64,000 nucleotides of DNA from Camelus ferus. Taxonomy: Eukaryota. This document shows, piece by piece, positions 12,115-26,397 of the stretch (the stretch's first letter is position 1; every line of letters starts with the position of its first letter). The notes below the pieces were generated by a model. The model ran no database searches. It was not told where the DNA came from and worked only from the letters and a program-made list of their open reading frames with translations. The stretch is from the NCBI RefSeq assembly GCF_009834535.1, contig NC_045697.1, positions 77,378,001 through 77,442,000 of the forward strand. Direction: 5' to 3'. The position numbers were made by a program, and so were the translations under genes.

Positions 12115-12220
12115 ATGCTAATGAATAATTTAGGCAACAGTTCAGACTCTAAAAATGAACATGGCTCGGTCTTTTCACAGGCTGAACACAATATTGTTGC
12201 AGCTTACTTGATCACAGCAG
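12115..12220 (+). CDS. RRH: RRH (peropsin) exon 1
   Basis: Encodes MLMNNLGNSSDSKNEHGSVFSQAEHNIVAAYLITA. The donor CAG|GTATGG is phase 1. Confidence 0.95.
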
Positions 12221-13431
12221 GTATGGATGTTTACTCCATTAATAGTCATTTTGCTTTCGAATGAGTGAAGAAAAGCAGAGGTTTTCAGCGTAAGGTAGTA
12301 GAAAAAGCATGGGTTCAGAGATAATGTTTCAAGTTCTATATTGTTGGCCAAACTCGACAAGTCACTTATCTTTTTTTGAGCTGGGGTTCGTGTGATGAAT
12401 AAGGATAATACTTGCTCTATTTCCTGGCTATAAAGATCGAATAAGAGAATGTAGGTGAGAGGATAGATGAAAGAATTGTTAATGGTAGTTAATGTCACAA
12501 GTTATTTTGAATTTTGATAAACAGCAGTGAAGTGGGGCTGAGAAATATTTTATATAAAATGAATAATTTTTATGATCATTTATTTGGTTATTACATTGTC
12601 AAATTTTTATTGGGGAAGAGTGTGCTCCATGGCAAAAATGTATTTTTATGGCATTTCATGTTCTCACACATACTTTCTGTAGTTTTGTCCTCGGTGGTAG
12701 AATCTAGTTAAGATTGAAAGATCCTGGAAAGGAAATTAAAGTTGTAAAAAGAGAGAGCCGAGTGTATTGTCAGGACAAGGTTTGAAAATTCAGCTCATTT
12801 TCAAGTGCTGTATTGGAAAACTCCTGAGCTTTGTATTTAATCTTTTAGTGTCTTTGCAACAGTGAGCCAGTTCCTTCATCTTTCTATTTTTCCATTTTCA
12901 TATCTGTAAAATGAGGATAAGAATAAGCTACCTGTCACAATTGTTGTGAAAAGTAAAATAATGCACAAATATACCTGAATGATATATATAGTGGATGTTG
13001 GATAAATATTTGTTTCTTCCCACCTACACACACTCAATGATGCATATACTGGAATAAGAAAAAGGCTGTTTGCTGAAGAAAAGGGATGGGGAAAATGAGA
13101 GTGGAAGTTCTCTGATTATCTTTTTTATGTATAGGTTGAATTGTAGTCTTAATTTTATGCTGAGCAGACACTTCATTTTCAACTTTATGCTCAATAATGA
13201 GTTTTAGAAGCAACTCTTATATTGGGTTTATTATTATTTTTTTTATTGAGTTATGAAAATTTTCAAATATGTTCAAAAGTAGAGTAAAAGCATAACAAAT
13301 TCTACTGTACCCAGTTTTTTTTTTTAATAATTGCTTAGTTTTCCCGTAATTCACAATTAGAGTATTGTCTGTGCTAGAAATTATGGTTCCTCAGTTAATT
13401 TTTGTAAATTTTAATGACATGCAAACTTTTT

Positions 13432-13971
13432 AAAAAAATTGAAGTATAGTTGATTTACAATGTGTTAGTTTTTGGTGTACAGCAAAGAGATTCAGTATTG
13501 TGTGTGTGTGTGTGTGTGTATAATATATGTGTATATATTTTCATATTATTTTCCATTATGGTTTGTTACAGGATATTGAATACAGTTCCCTGTTCTATAC
13601 AGTAGGACCTTGTTTATTATCTATTTTATATGTAGCAGTGTGTATCTGCTAATCCCCAACTTCTAATTTATCCCTCCTCTACCACTTTTCCCCTTTGGTA
13701 ACCGTAAGTTTGTTTTCTATGTCTGTGAGTCCATTTCTGTTTTGTAAATAAGTTCTTCTGCATCATATTTTAGATTCCACATATGAATGATACCATATAA
13801 TATTTGTCTTTCTTTTTCTGACTTACTTAGTATGATAATCTCTAGTTCTATCCCTGTTGCTGCAAATGGTATTATTTCATTCTATTTTATGGCTGAGTAG
13901 TATTCCATTGTATGTATATACCACATCTTTATCTAGTCCTCTGTTGATGGACGTTTAGGTTTCTTCCAGTT
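13432..13971 (-). mobile_element. 5'-truncated L1 with target-site duplication
   Basis: L1 3' UTR and ORF2-end motifs. The TSD is ACATGCAAACTTTTT 13417-13431 / ACATGCTAACTTTTT 13972-13986. Confidence 0.85.
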
Positions 13972-14989
13972 ACATGCTAACTTTTTCAGTTGAATACCTG
14001 TGTATGATAATACCAGCACTAGACAAATTCTGTTTTATTTTGGTTGTTTTTTGTTGCTGTTGCAACAAAAAGGAAAAAATAAGTACTTAAAGAGGTAATC
14101 TCCATGTCACAATTACATAGGAATATTTTGTATACAAACTTGATTTAGTTAATTTTTGTTAGTTTTTGGTAGAGGACCAAGAAAAGCGATCTCTTTTGAT
14201 CTGGTTACAAAAAGATTTCCTGTTAAGAAAACATTCTCTCTGGTTCTTAGTCCTGTAATAGTCATTGTAGTCTTACTGTAAGAACAACTACTACTACGAC
14301 TACGACCAAGACCACCACTGCTGCTGCTGCTACTACTAATGTTATTATTTGAATACTTGGTATATACCAAGCACTGTTCTAAATATTTACATGCATGGAA
14401 TAATTCACCTTTATACTAATTCAGTTAGTGAATTAGTTTTGTTTTCCCTGTTGATACAGATGAAGAGCTTAAATAAGTTGCCCAACATGTACATCTACTA
14501 AGTAGCTACACCAGAATTTGAACTTAGATATTTTGGTTCTGGAGCCCTCACATATATCCACAAGTGTCAATTTTATCAATACCATGAGTATGTATTTGTG
14601 TTTTTAGTAGATGAACTGAAGGGAGCACATCTAACCTCTTCATGTTTTTGTTTAAATATTTATTGTACTTTTGGTCCCTTAACCCCCTGCCCCCATATAA
14701 CAAAGCTCACTTAAATGTCCAAATCAAAACCAAAACTATGAGATAAAGAATTTAGTCAAAGCATTCATTTCATTTATTACTTTTATGGAGAGCCGTTTTA
14801 GATTTTTCATTTTAAATTTAATTTTTAATTTAATATTTCTCTTAAATTTTAGCTCGTACAAACTTCTACTATCCAAACTCTCTGTTTCTTCAGTTAAGGC
14901 CAGGAGCCAAGAGGGCATGGTGAGTTAAGGATCTGAAATAGATTTATTGTGGATGAATTGTAGAATGAAGGGTAAGAGAGATTAGGCTG

Positions 14990-16600
14990 GGAGGATGACT
15001 CCATACCAGATAATAAACAACCTAAGCTGTAAAGGCAATAGGGGTCACTGAATGACATGATCCAATTTGCATTTTAGAAATGTGCTGTAGTCATAGCTAG
15101 GAGACCATGTAGGAGGCTACTGTGTGATTAAGAAGGCTCCTGAGGAGGAAACAGTGACAATGGAGACAGAAAGAAGTAGACACATTGAAGAGCTAGAAGT
15201 TAGAATTGATGGCTGGATGTGGAGACTAGGGAAGAAGTGAAGGAGCATCAAAGGTGACAACTAGGTTTCTTTCCTGGGTTGCTGGTTAGATGGTAAAGCT
15301 ATTCACCGAGATGGGAAAACGCTTGGGGAAGAACAGATTTGGGGCAGAAGAGAAAACCTCTGAGTTCATTTGGAGAGAAGTTACATAGAAAGCTGGACAC
15401 GTGGGTTTAAATTTCATGGGATTGATCTGGAAAGTATCAGTATATAACTTTGGATATGTATGAAGTCACTCAGTGTATGTTGAATGTGAAAAGAAAGGAG
15501 GTCTAGGGCAGAAGCTTGTCTAGGGCAATGCACGTATTTAATAAGGTAGAGATGAAGAAAAAAGGCCAGGAAGTAGATTAATGAAGGATCTGCCAAAGAG
15601 ATTGGAGGAAATCCACAGAAGCCAAGGGGGAATTAACTGAATTTAGACCTAACTATAAATGATCTCTGGTTTACTCATTAGGAAACACCTACAGCTAGAA
15701 AATAAAGCAGAGTGCTTGAGACAGTTGCGAGCAAATAGAGAAAAGGGCTAAATTGTTTATCTCGTTCCCCCTATTATATCTAAGACCTCCCCAAAGTACA
15801 GTTACTTTATTCTGGTTGCATCGTTGGTAGGCAACAATTTACTGCACTGTGTTTTTTACTTGAATTTTTAAAATCATCAAATTTATAGCTAGCCCAGAAA
15901 GATTCTTTAATTCATTAAGCTTTTTGGAGCTACAATATTAGATGCAAAAAACTGAGCCAAAGAATCATCAAATTTGCTGTCATTGTGCCAGATTATGCTT
16001 GTAAGAATAATAGATACTAAGCAACATGAATTTTAGTTGTTGTCTGTTTATTAAATAAATTTATTATATGTCACATACTCAACATGGAAGTTATTAGAAG
16101 CCTGAAAGCTACATGGGAAGACTAGGAATATGTAAGAGTTAAGTAATATAGCATCATGTAAGATAAAGTGTATGAAAACAAGTACTTTGAGGATTTATAG
16201 AAGAGAGATCACTGTGGTAGGACAAGCCTTTGGGGTAGAATTGGGCTCGAACAGAATTTTGAAGATGAGTAGCATTTGGATAAGTAGAAGAAAGGAGTAG
16301 GGTGTTCTAAGCAGGAGAAAATAGGAGTTGAAATTTACCACAAACCTGGTGTATTTGATAAATCACTAGAGTGGAGGGCTTGTTTGACAAGTGTGGAAAT
16401 TTGCTTAGGGTGAAAACAGATTGGAATATCAAGCTGGGACATGTGGAATTTTATTCCTCAGACATTGGGGAGTATTGGAGGTTTTGAGGAAAAGAGCTTC
16501 GGTTAATTTTATGTTGCAGCGAGCATATTCTGCCAGCAGCACAGGAGGAAAGAATAGAAATCTGGAAGATTAGGTTAATAAGATACTAAACCGAAGTTTT
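14990..16600 (-). mobile_element. L2 LINE remnants (discontinuous)
   Basis: ACATGATCCAATTTGCATTTTAGAAA, GGAGACCATGTAGGAGGCTACTG and TGAGTTCATTTGGA are L2-type motifs. Confidence 0.55.
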
Positions 16601-17712
16601 GACCAAGGTGCCAAGATACAGAATAGAAGTTCTTCCTTAGCTGACACCTTTGTGTGTCAGTGCTCGGAAACCTTCCCTCTCTCCGGCAATAGTTGGGGGC
16701 TGCTCCACTAGAGTTCTCTTCATGCTGGTGAACACAACTCTGTTCCTTTTGTTGCTTACCCCTCCTTTAGCCCATAGGAATCTGGTAATGACTCTAGCCT
16801 CTCTCAGCTCAAATCTATTCATCCCCCATCCCCAGCATTAGGACCTAGTATGGCCCACATCTGGTTTATGGGAAGCATATGCATCCTTTTTCGTATATAG
16901 GGGTTAATTAGTCAGGCACATCCAGTCCACTCAGCAATTTCTTTTTGTAAATTAATACACTGGCATTCAGATTAAGAAGTTCAGTCATCAGTCTACTTGA
17001 ATCCAGCCACTTCTGGGGCACAGACAACATTGAGTTTCTGGACCCGCAGGGCTAAGAATCAGATCCCAGGTTGTGAAGACTTGACTAGGGTGATATCACC
17101 TGTGAGGCTTCTCAGTGGACTTGAAAGCCAGCTTTGACTTCCTCTCTGGACCAAACCTTGCAGTGTGCGTTCTTCTATAGAGGAGTGTGTGTATGTGTGT
17201 GTGTGAGATGAAGAATTCGATTTGAACATGTTGAGTTTCAAGTTTAGAACATCGTATGATCTTACATATCATAGATGCTCAATAAACGTTTAATGGCAAT
17301 AAGTTGTATGAAAAGGGATGTGGGATAGGAGCATGGATCAGGGCTAGAAAGTGACAAAGAGCTGTTAGGACAGCTGAGGCTTGAAAAACTATAGAGAAAG
17401 AAGAGCCTCAGGCATCAGGAAGGAGGAGGAGGGAATTAAGCTGCCAAAGGAGATTGTATGATCATACATACATCCTAAAAACGTATCCTAAAAATCAGCA
17501 GATTCTTTGTGTTTTAATTTTTATATTTCTATTTCACAAAAGAGCTGTGAAGATACTACAACTAGTTTTACAAACAGCTGGAGCTCTTCAAATAAGTAAA
17601 CCAAAATGGATTTGCTGTGTTTTTGAAGGAGCTTAAATATTTGTGAAAAAATACTTTTACAAATTCAAATTAACAAAGTGTGTGATTTTTGTTTGTTTGT
17701 TTGTATTCTCAG

Positions 17713-17903
17713 GTGTGATAAGTATTCTCAGCAACATAATAGTTTTGGGCATCTTCGTTAAGTACAAGGAGCTTCGGACACCCACAAATGCAATTATCAT
17801 TAACCTGGCTGTTACTGATATAGGGGTCAGTAGCATTGGCTATCCCATGTCTGCTGCTTCAGATCTGTATGGAAGTTGGAAATTTGGATATGCAGGATGT
17901 CAG
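17713..17903 (+). CDS. RRH: RRH exon 2
   Basis: Encodes GVISILSNIIVLGIFVKYKELRTPTNAIIINLAVTD...KFGYAGCQ, with AG/GT boundaries. Confidence 0.97.
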
Positions 17904-18414
17904 GTATTGGGGATCTTAAGAATCAAAGCAAAATAAAGTAGATTAAAAAGATGTAATTTGTGTCTTCAAAAAATTCCAAGAGTTTCAATCAAATAAGATC
18001 ACGTAGGATAACAGATACGGTGTCCTCTGCAAATTTCCGGGGTAACTCGGAAATACATTCTTTAACAAGAGAAATGAAATCACTAGCCATAATAGTTTCA
18101 AAATTTCCCCAATCCAAAGGAAAAAAACTAAACTAACAAAAAATAAGCATTCACCTAGAGAAGAAAAGTGAACATACGCATATTCAAATAAAAACTTGTG
18201 TGTTGCAAATTCAAAAAGAAATACCCTGCTTTCATTTGAAATAATATTTAATGACTATATCATAATGTATAAGTAATGTAGTTAAACTACGATTTGCTGA
18301 CTTTTTCCCATGGAAGTTTCTCCATGAGAATGCCTATTATATATATCCATGAGTTTTACTGATAAGAAAATAAATTAATGTTAAGTTGCATTAATGACTT
18401 GGCCTTTTTTTTTT

Positions 18415-19400
18415 TTTAACAGTTTGCCATTTTAAGCTATATATAGAGGGTAAGATGAGAGAACGAGAAAATAATGAATACCCATGTGTGCACCAACCAG
18501 TTTTGTCAAATCTTAATGTTTTGCAATATGTGCTTCAGGTTGCTTTTTTTTAATAGTATAAAGTTTTACAGATACTGTTGAAGTCTGTTGCGGTACCATC
18601 CACAATCTTACTCCTTTCTCTCTCATGAATGTTTTTCTATCTTACTACATATTATATGTTCATAAACTTGACACTGTCTGAATGTTTTGAATTTTGTATA
18701 AATAATATATTGTTTGCATTATGCTATTATATTATGTTATATTATATTATATTATATATTATATTATTATGCTATTCTTCTATTATCCAATCTTATGTTT
18801 TTGAAGTATATGCATGTTGATGGACATAGCTGTAACTCACTCATTTTAACTGCTACACATATTCCATTTTATGAACATACACATGTATTTATTCATTTTC
18901 CTAATATTGATCATTGTTCCCATTTTTTAAATCACAAACAAGTTTTCAATAAATGTTCTTATGTATGTCTCTTTCTGCAATATGTGAGAGTTTCTTTAGG
19001 TACATTACTAGGAAGGGATGGTTTGGTTTGTAGATAATGTTCATCTTGACCTTTATCAAATATGACCAAATTGCTCTCCAAAATAATTATGCCAATTATG
19101 AGAACTTGTGTTACTCTACATTATCCCCAGTGCTTGGGATTGTCAGACTTTTAAATCTGTAGTAAAATAGTATCATATAATTTGCATGTTTTGAATATTT
19201 AATGTGGTTGTACATCTTATATCATAAACATTCAGATTTCCTCTTGTATGAATAGCCTGTTTTTCTGTTTGTCTTTTCCTCCTGTTGAATTGTCTATCTT
19301 GTGAACACTAGTCTTTTGTTGGATATGTACTGCACCTAATTTATGGCTTGTTTTTGCACTCTTATAGAGTATGTATAGAAGTTTTACTTTAAGTCTTGAT
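18415..19400 (-). mobile_element. Ancient L1 (L1ME/L1MC-like) fragment with an (ATATT)n tract
   Basis: Degenerate L1 3'-end motifs such as TATTCCATTTTATGAACATAC and CCAAATTGCTCTCCAAAA. Confidence 0.6.
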
Positions 19401-19615
19401 ATTTTCTAAAAAGTTTGATTAGTGAAGTCCCAAAGTATTTTTTATAAATCCCTTTATTGAACAACTTAACATTTAACAATAGATGTTATATTTTTAAATC
19501 AGTAAAAAAAAAAAATTCAGTGTATTTTAAATATATTCTAGCAATGGGATAAAAGTGTAAATTTTTTGGGGGAGGGTGTGCAGAATGGTGGATTCTTTCC
19601 AATTTTGATTTTCAG

Positions 19616-19715
19616 ATTTATGCTGGCTTGAATATCTTTTTTGGAATGGCAAGTATTGGATTGCTCACTGTTGTGGCCATGGATCGATACCTGACCATTT
19701 GCCGTCCTGATGCAG
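19616..19715 (+). CDS. RRH: RRH exon 3 (DRY motif)
   Basis: Encodes IYAGLNIFFGMASIGLLTVVAMDRYLTICRPDA, with TTTCAG| and |GTACAG boundaries. Confidence 0.96.
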
Positions 19716-20243
19716 GTACAGCACTTCTCTTAGCTTTCCCTTAGTTTTCTTAGTGAACCCATTTCTTGTCCAGGTACCACTCAACACACATTCACTTTAA
19801 ATGTAAATGTGATGGCTTACAGACATGATCAGTCTCTGATAATCCTTGATTGGAAGTTTCAATGATACCTATTAAACCTAGAATAAAATTTAAATTTTAT
19901 GACACAGCCTCCAAGGCACCACATGACCGGGCCCCTGGCTGCCTTTCCAGCATGGTCTAGGATCCTCTCACTTTGGGGTGTTTGTAGATGCTATTTCCCT
20001 AGGCCTGGAAAGTTCTTCTCCTAGGCCAGTCCTCTGGCTGATCTTTTTTATAATTCAGGTTTCAGCTTAAAGGTCTTTTTTTTTTTTTTCCAGAATGTGA
20101 ATTCATGTAGATAGGCTTTGTGTGAATTAGAGTGCTCTGCAAAGAATCTACTTGATAACAACTTTGAATCATCAGTTAAAACAAAATGAAGATATGAATC
20201 TCATCATTGGGAAATGACTCTAAAATTCCATGTTTGTTCATAG

Positions 20244-20397
20244 GAAGAAGAATGACCACAAACACTTACATCAGCATGATTCTGGGGGCCTGGATCAATG
20301 GCCTCTTTTGGGCTTCAATGCCTATCATTGGGTGGGCTGGTTACGCCCCAGATCCTACTGGGGCCACCTGCACCATAAACTGGCGGCAAAATGATGT
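20244..20397 (+). CDS. RRH: RRH exon 4
   Basis: Encodes GRRMTTNTYISMILGAW...PDPTGATCTINWRQND. The donor is |GTAAGA. Confidence 0.96.
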
Positions 20398-20939
20398 GTA
20401 AGAGACATGTTTACACTTTTTAATCAAATGTTTGTAATGTAGACATTTCTCACCATTTCAAATTAAAACTCAGATCAATTGTTTCTTATGCAGAACGTGG
20501 CAAACGGCTTCCTTGGTACAGACGATGTGATTCTAGCCAAAGATGAGTTGAGAAAAGTAAATTATGCTTGTTTGCAAGGAAAGGTCATCCAGCTCCCCTT
20601 GTCCCCCTGCTCTGTTCCTTCCTCTCTCCCCTCTTGCAGAGAAGGGGGTGCAGAGCATCCTTCTGATGTCTGCACCTTAGAGGTAGAACCTGAGGGGTAA
20701 AAAGAGTGTTAGTGGAGCTAGACAGTGTACAGAAAGCCCAGATCACTAGATGATCTGGTGATAAAGCATCTTCCGAGAATTATGCAACAAAAGCACTGTC
20801 ACTGCAAAGATTTGCTTGCTTATTAGTGATGCTCTTCCGTGTTTACCAGGGAAAGGGGAATAATTTAGTTCATTAAAGGAAATGAAAGATGACTCAGAGA
20901 AACAAATAAAAAATTTCTAACTCTCGCACTAAATCTAAA

Positions 20940-21140
20940 TCTTAAACTTTTTCTGTGCAGAGTCGAAAAATAAGCATTTTAGGCTTTACAGGCAAGACTA
21001 TCTACACTGCAGCTCTTCACCTCTGCCTGTGAAACCAGCCATAGGCAGTATATAAATGAATGTGGTTCCAATAAACTGTTCTTCACAAAGAGAGGCCACA
21101 AGCTGGATTTGGCCCACAGGCTAGAGTTTGCCAACCCCTA
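20940..21140 (+). mobile_element. MER58A-like hAT-Charlie DNA transposon
   Basis: AAACTTTTTCTGT...TTTTAGGCTTT...GTTCCAATAAAC...GGATTTGGCCCACAGGCTAGAGTTTGCCAACCCCT. Confidence 0.75.
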
Positions 21141-21305
21141 GTCCAAATGAACTAAAAGTCAAATGTACTTTCTAAGCTATTTAATAATATAATGACTGCT
21201 GGGCAGTGCCAGTATAATTTCTGATAATTATTCTGTTTCCCTTCCTCTATTTATTTAGTACATTGAACGAGTAGTGATTTAATTACTCCCTTTTTAAATT
21301 TTCAG

Positions 21306-21474
21306 ATCTTTTGTTTCTTATACCATGATGGTGGTTGCAATCAATTTTATTGTGCCCTTGATAGTGATGTTTTACTGCTATTACCATGTCACTCGATCCA
21401 TTAAATGTCGTGCAACTAGTAACTGCACTGAGTACCTCAACAGAGATTGGTCAGATCAGGTAGATGTAACAAAG
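21306..21474 (+). CDS. RRH: RRH exon 5
   Basis: Encodes VSFVSYTMMVVAINFIVPLIVMFYCYYHV...DWSDQVDVTK. The donor is AAG|GTAAGA. Confidence 0.96.
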
Positions 21475-22795
21475 GTAAGACATTCAAATCCTTAAAAAAT
21501 ATTTGTGCTCAAGCTTTTCCACGAACGTGGTTCCTTGGCCCCAGCAGTCACCTTCCCAACCCTCGATTCTTACTCTCTGGCCCTTTTGTCTGGTATTTGC
21601 CATCATCTTTCATAATGATGTGCTTATCTGATGTTTTGGGGTTTTTTTTTTTTTTCTGTTATTTCTTGATTTCTGTAGATAGACAAAGGGAATTTCTCTT
21701 ATACCACCGACCTTTCTTTCTCATCTTGTCAGTGAAATGTTAGTATTTGATTAGATCAAGAGTCTTTACATTATTGTGATTATCTAGATTTTATTTATTA
21801 CAGATCTCTGTAGGGCTCTATGATTTATATTTCTTTTTATATATAACTTTTCTCCCCTTGGAGTTAATAATTCATTCCTTTTCTCTTTCTTTCTCTTCTT
21901 CCCTCCGTCTCTCTCCCCTCCTCTGAGCTTTGTTTGCTGGCTGTTCTGTGTACCTGTCACGTAATTCACATCTAAACTCTCCACCAGTCTCCTCTTAGTA
22001 TTTTCAAATGCATCAGGGACTAGACTGACTTTATCCTTTCCTTGAAGCTAGCCTCCTGAGACCCCCAGATCTCTTGCTCTCATTGGCTGTTCTTTAAGAC
22101 AACTACCCAGGAATCCTCACATCTCCTTTACCAGCAGCTGGGACTGTCTCCTTGGTCAGATCGCCTGTTTTCTGGATTGCATGGCTTCCTTTTTCTTGGC
22201 TTACTCCCTCACATTTGGTAGAATACATTCTGGAGTAGAGTCCTGAGAAAATTGTAGGAAAATAAAGTTTTTAAGATTTCACACCTCTGAAAATGTCTTA
22301 ATTCTATCGTATTTGACTGATTGTTTGCTTGGTGTGGAATTCTAAGTATAAAAATGATGTTCAAAGAATTTTGAAGGCATTACTCTATCGTCTCCTGGCT
22401 TCTGGTGTCACTGTTGAAAAGGCTGATAGCATGCTGGTCATCTGCGTTCCCTCTGGAAGCTTGTGATTTTTCTCTGTGTCTCTAATTTTCTGAAATTTCA
22501 TGCTGATGTGTTTTGGTGTTGCTTTTTATTCACCCATGTGCTGGGTACTGGGTGAGTGCTTTCCATGTAGAGACTAGATCTTCCCTTCTGGGAGCTTCCT
22601 TGTATTATTTCTCTGGTGAGTTTCACCTCCTATTTTGTCTTTTTCTGTTCTCTTTTCCTGGAACTCCTTTTATTTGGGTATTTAATCTCCTGGATTTATC
22701 TTCTAATTTTCTTAAATATTCTGTACTACATTATCCCTGTTTCTGGTTTTGTTTGTTTTTGTTTCTGCTTTCTGAGAGATTTCCTCAACCATGTC

Positions 22796-23015
22796 CATGT
22801 CTGGGATTGAGAAGACTGAGGCTCAAGCCTGGGGTGCAAAATTTAAGCAGGCACCAAAAAACTAAAGAAAAACAGTAGTTAATGCAGTATTTTTTAAAAA
22901 TCAAAATTTATGTAAAAGATCTATATTGAACAAAATATAAAATATTACATAACGACAGGCTATGACTCTGCACTCACACAATTGGCCTCATTTACCTCAC
23001 CCTAAAGCCTGGCTG
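22796..23015 (+). mobile_element. MER96-like hAT-Tip100 element
   Basis: GGGTGCAAAATTTAAG..GCACCAAAAAACT...AAAAATCAAAATT...CCTCACCCTA, flanked by ACCATG repeats. Confidence 0.55.
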
Positions 23016-23095
23016 ACCATGCATTTCAACCTTCCCATTGCATTTTAAAAATTCTGCTTTCACTTTTATAGGTAAGATAAAGAGCATTATTTTAT

Positions 23096-23676
23096 TAAAA
23101 ATTTTTTTCTTTTTTAAATTGAAATATAGTTGATTTACAGTTTCAGGTATACAGCAAAGTGATTCAGTTATACATATGTATATAAATTATTCTTTTTCAG
23201 ATACTTTTCCATCATAGGTTATTACAAGATATTGAATATAGTTTCCTGTGCTATACAGTAGGACCTTGTTGGTTATCTATGTTATATATGTTAATCCCAA
23301 ACTCCTAATTTATCCTACTCCACCCTTTCCCCTTTGGTAACCATAAGTTTATTTTCTATGTCTATGAGACTATTTCAGTTTTGTAAATAAGTTAATTTGT
23401 ATACTTTTTAAATGATTCCACATATAAGTGATATTATATGATATTTGCATTTCTCTGTCTGACTTACTTCACTTAGTATGATAATCTCTAGGTCCATCCA
23501 TGTTGCTGCAAATGGCATTATTTCATTCCTTTTTATGGCTGAGTAATATTCCATTGTGTATATATACCACATCTTCTTTATCCATTCATCCATTGATGGA
23601 CATTTAGGTTGTTTGCATGTCTTGGCTATTGTAAATTGTGCTACTGTGAACACTGGGGTGCATGTATCTTCAAATT
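23096..23676 (-). mobile_element. 5'-truncated L1 with a perfect 15-nt TSD, inserted in an older L1M
   Basis: ORF 23408..23653 is the L1 ORF2 C-terminus ([26 protein letters not shown]). The TSD AGAGCATTATTTTAT lies at 23081-23095 and 23677-23691. Confidence 0.9.
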
Positions 23677-25139
23677 AGAGCATTATTTTATATACTATAC
23701 TTCTTTTTGATAGCCTCTTCTTGTTTAATGCATGTGTGTCATCTCTCATTTCTGTGATGATATTGTGTATATATTTATTTTCCTTCTGTTCATCACAAAT
23801 TTTTTGTTTCCCCTGAGTTCCTGAACCTTTTGGTCTCTACATGTCAGTTTGTATGTTTCCTCAATATCTGGTCATTAATGACTGTCCCTGCATATTTAAG
23901 ACTGATGCACTAAAAAGCTGATTGTAAGTTCTGGATGTGCTCTTTTGCTGGGATATGTCTTGTGAGTGGGGGGATTTCTGATGATCTGTGTCTGGGTATT
24001 TTCTTCTGGGCTGGTCAGTTTACAAGAAGATTCACCTTCCTGGGTGGGAGGTACAAGTATATCCACCCACATTCTCACGGTTCAGTGCCAGGAAGGGGCA
24101 GCATGCAGCACCCCTCTTTTCAGAACAGTACTCCAGCTCTCAGCCCAGTCCAGTGTCCCCCAGCCTGAGTTTCCTTGCTTTGCCCTCTCTTACAGACCCT
24201 CTGGGGTTCTTCAGGGGAGAAGGGGCAGTTCCTTGGCTGAATAGGGAGGGGATTCAGAAGTCTAATTGCTGCTTTTTGCAGATTTCAATGAATTTTTATG
24301 TTTTAGATTCCATATGTAGCCCTGCATTCAGAGCTGTCGACTCCAATTCCTGAGACTTCTGTAGTTCTGAGGAATAGATTAGCTTGTCTCTGATTTTCCC
24401 TCATTCCTGGGAAATTTTTTTTAAATTTGTTTTTAAATCATTCATGTCTGATAAGGAATGTACCACTTGTCCAATGGTTATTTGGTTTTAATTCTTAGAA
24501 AGCTTTTGTCTAATCTGTGATTCTCAGATGTTATGGATTTGTGTCTTTTTATACCTTTTCTATCATTTTAGTGGGCAATCAGAAGGGAACAATGTAAAAT
24601 TACAATTTTTCATTTAAACAAAATGCAAAGGGAGCTCATTTACAAAACTATCTGCACTGTATGTATTATATATCATTTATTATATATTGAGCTCAAATGG
24701 CCTGTATTAGAATTCACTGAACTCAGTATAGGACTTTTTTTTCCCAGAATGAGTTTAGAAAGTTATTTTTTAGATTAACAGATGACTGTGAGAAAAAAAG
24801 CACAATACCAGTAGTCCGCAATTACTGGAAGTGGGCTAGGAGTGGGTTCATCTGCCTCTCACCAAAGCTAGCTTTTGCATTCTGCCCTAGCTCACCAAAA
24901 GAAAGAGGGCATTCTTTACATTTGTGTAACATTCTACCCATTTCACAAGTCCTTGTTATCATAGATGACTTTGGGCACATAAGCAAAGTGCAATGAGGGG
25001 AAAAATTCAGTATTTCCTTTATGTCTTCAATGACATACACGTAAGGTCCAATCTAGATACTTTTTCACGCAGCTTTACATATAGTAGCTATTTTGATATT
25101 TTAGGTATTGGGCTTGGCAAATATTGATTTCTTTTACAG

Positions 25140-25318
25140 ATGTCTGTGATAATGATACTCATGTTTCTGCTGGCGTGGTCCCCTTATTCCATCGTGTGCT
25201 TATGGGCTTCCTTTGGTGACCCAAAGAAGATTCCTCCCTCCATGGCCATCATAGCTCCACTGTTTGCAAAATCTTCTACCTTCTACAATCCCTGTATTTA
25301 TGTGATTGCTAATAAAAA
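25140..25318 (+). CDS. RRH: RRH exon 6 (retinal-binding Lys284, NPxxY)
   Basis: Encodes MSVIMILMFLLAWSPYS...FAKSSTFYNPCIYVIANK. The Lys codon 25269-25271 is residue 284. The donor is |GTAAGT. Confidence 0.97.
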
Positions 25319-26397
25319 GTAAGTCAGGTCTAAAATGCTTCTCAATTTAAAAAATATATATATATATATTATATATACAGAAAGAATGTTAAGAAGGCAA
25401 CAGATAATGTTCTAAAAGTTTTAGGGAGGTAAATAACAGAAGCTCACTTCAAACTAATGTAGAAGTTATTTGGTTCATGAAACTAAAGCAGCATTTAGGA
25501 TCTTACATGTCTAGGGCTCCAGTTCTGTGACAGGCTTTTCCCACGTGGAGGCAAGATGATCACGGGTAACTTACGACCCAAGTTCTGCCAGCTAAGCATC
25601 CCCAGATGCTTTCATCTCAGGGGGCTCTCTGGCAGAAAAGACCCTGGAAGGTTGTTGGTGAGCTCGGCTTGGTTCATATGTTTACCCCATTCGAAACAGA
25701 GGGAGTCGGTTTTACAAAGAAGAGTGGTTCCATTACTGGAAAATGGACAAGGCGAGGCAATGTGGGACTCCCTAAGTTGATAGCATAGCTGTATATTTAC
25801 TAGAAGGAAGACATATCATTCAAATCCAAGAGAGAAATTCAGTGCTAACATAAAGGGCTTCAGGAGTATGTAGTCATTCAGAATATTCTAGATTCTTCCC
25901 CTTCCACCTTTGTGGAGACTCTCAGCAAGAATTTCTTTCCTGCCTTCTCAGTGAAGCTTAGACTACTTCATTTCCTGTTGCTTTTTAAAGATGGAATGAA
26001 CCAATCTACTGCAGCTTAAATATTTGATCTGAAGTCTCAGTAGAGGTGAAGTAATTTGATCTGGGAATGCCATGCTGCTTCTATTAAACTTGTGTATTTA
26101 TGTACATGTTTGGGAAAGCAGCTTTAGCTACAGGTACATGCAGAAACATAAAAACTTTTAATACCAAACAGACCACATAAGAAGAATAAAGAACACATTT
26201 AAAATTCAGAGTCTATTGGTAATTCTTTTGGAAAGGTCAGTTATTCTTAAGCCTTAATTTAAACTAGGCTTTTGCTCAGAACAAATGCTTGAAATACATA
26301 TCCTTAATTCAAATAAATAACTCCTTGCAATTGACATTAGAAGCACCATCCTAAACAGATATAATTATTGATGTTTATTGAATGTCTTCAACGTTTA

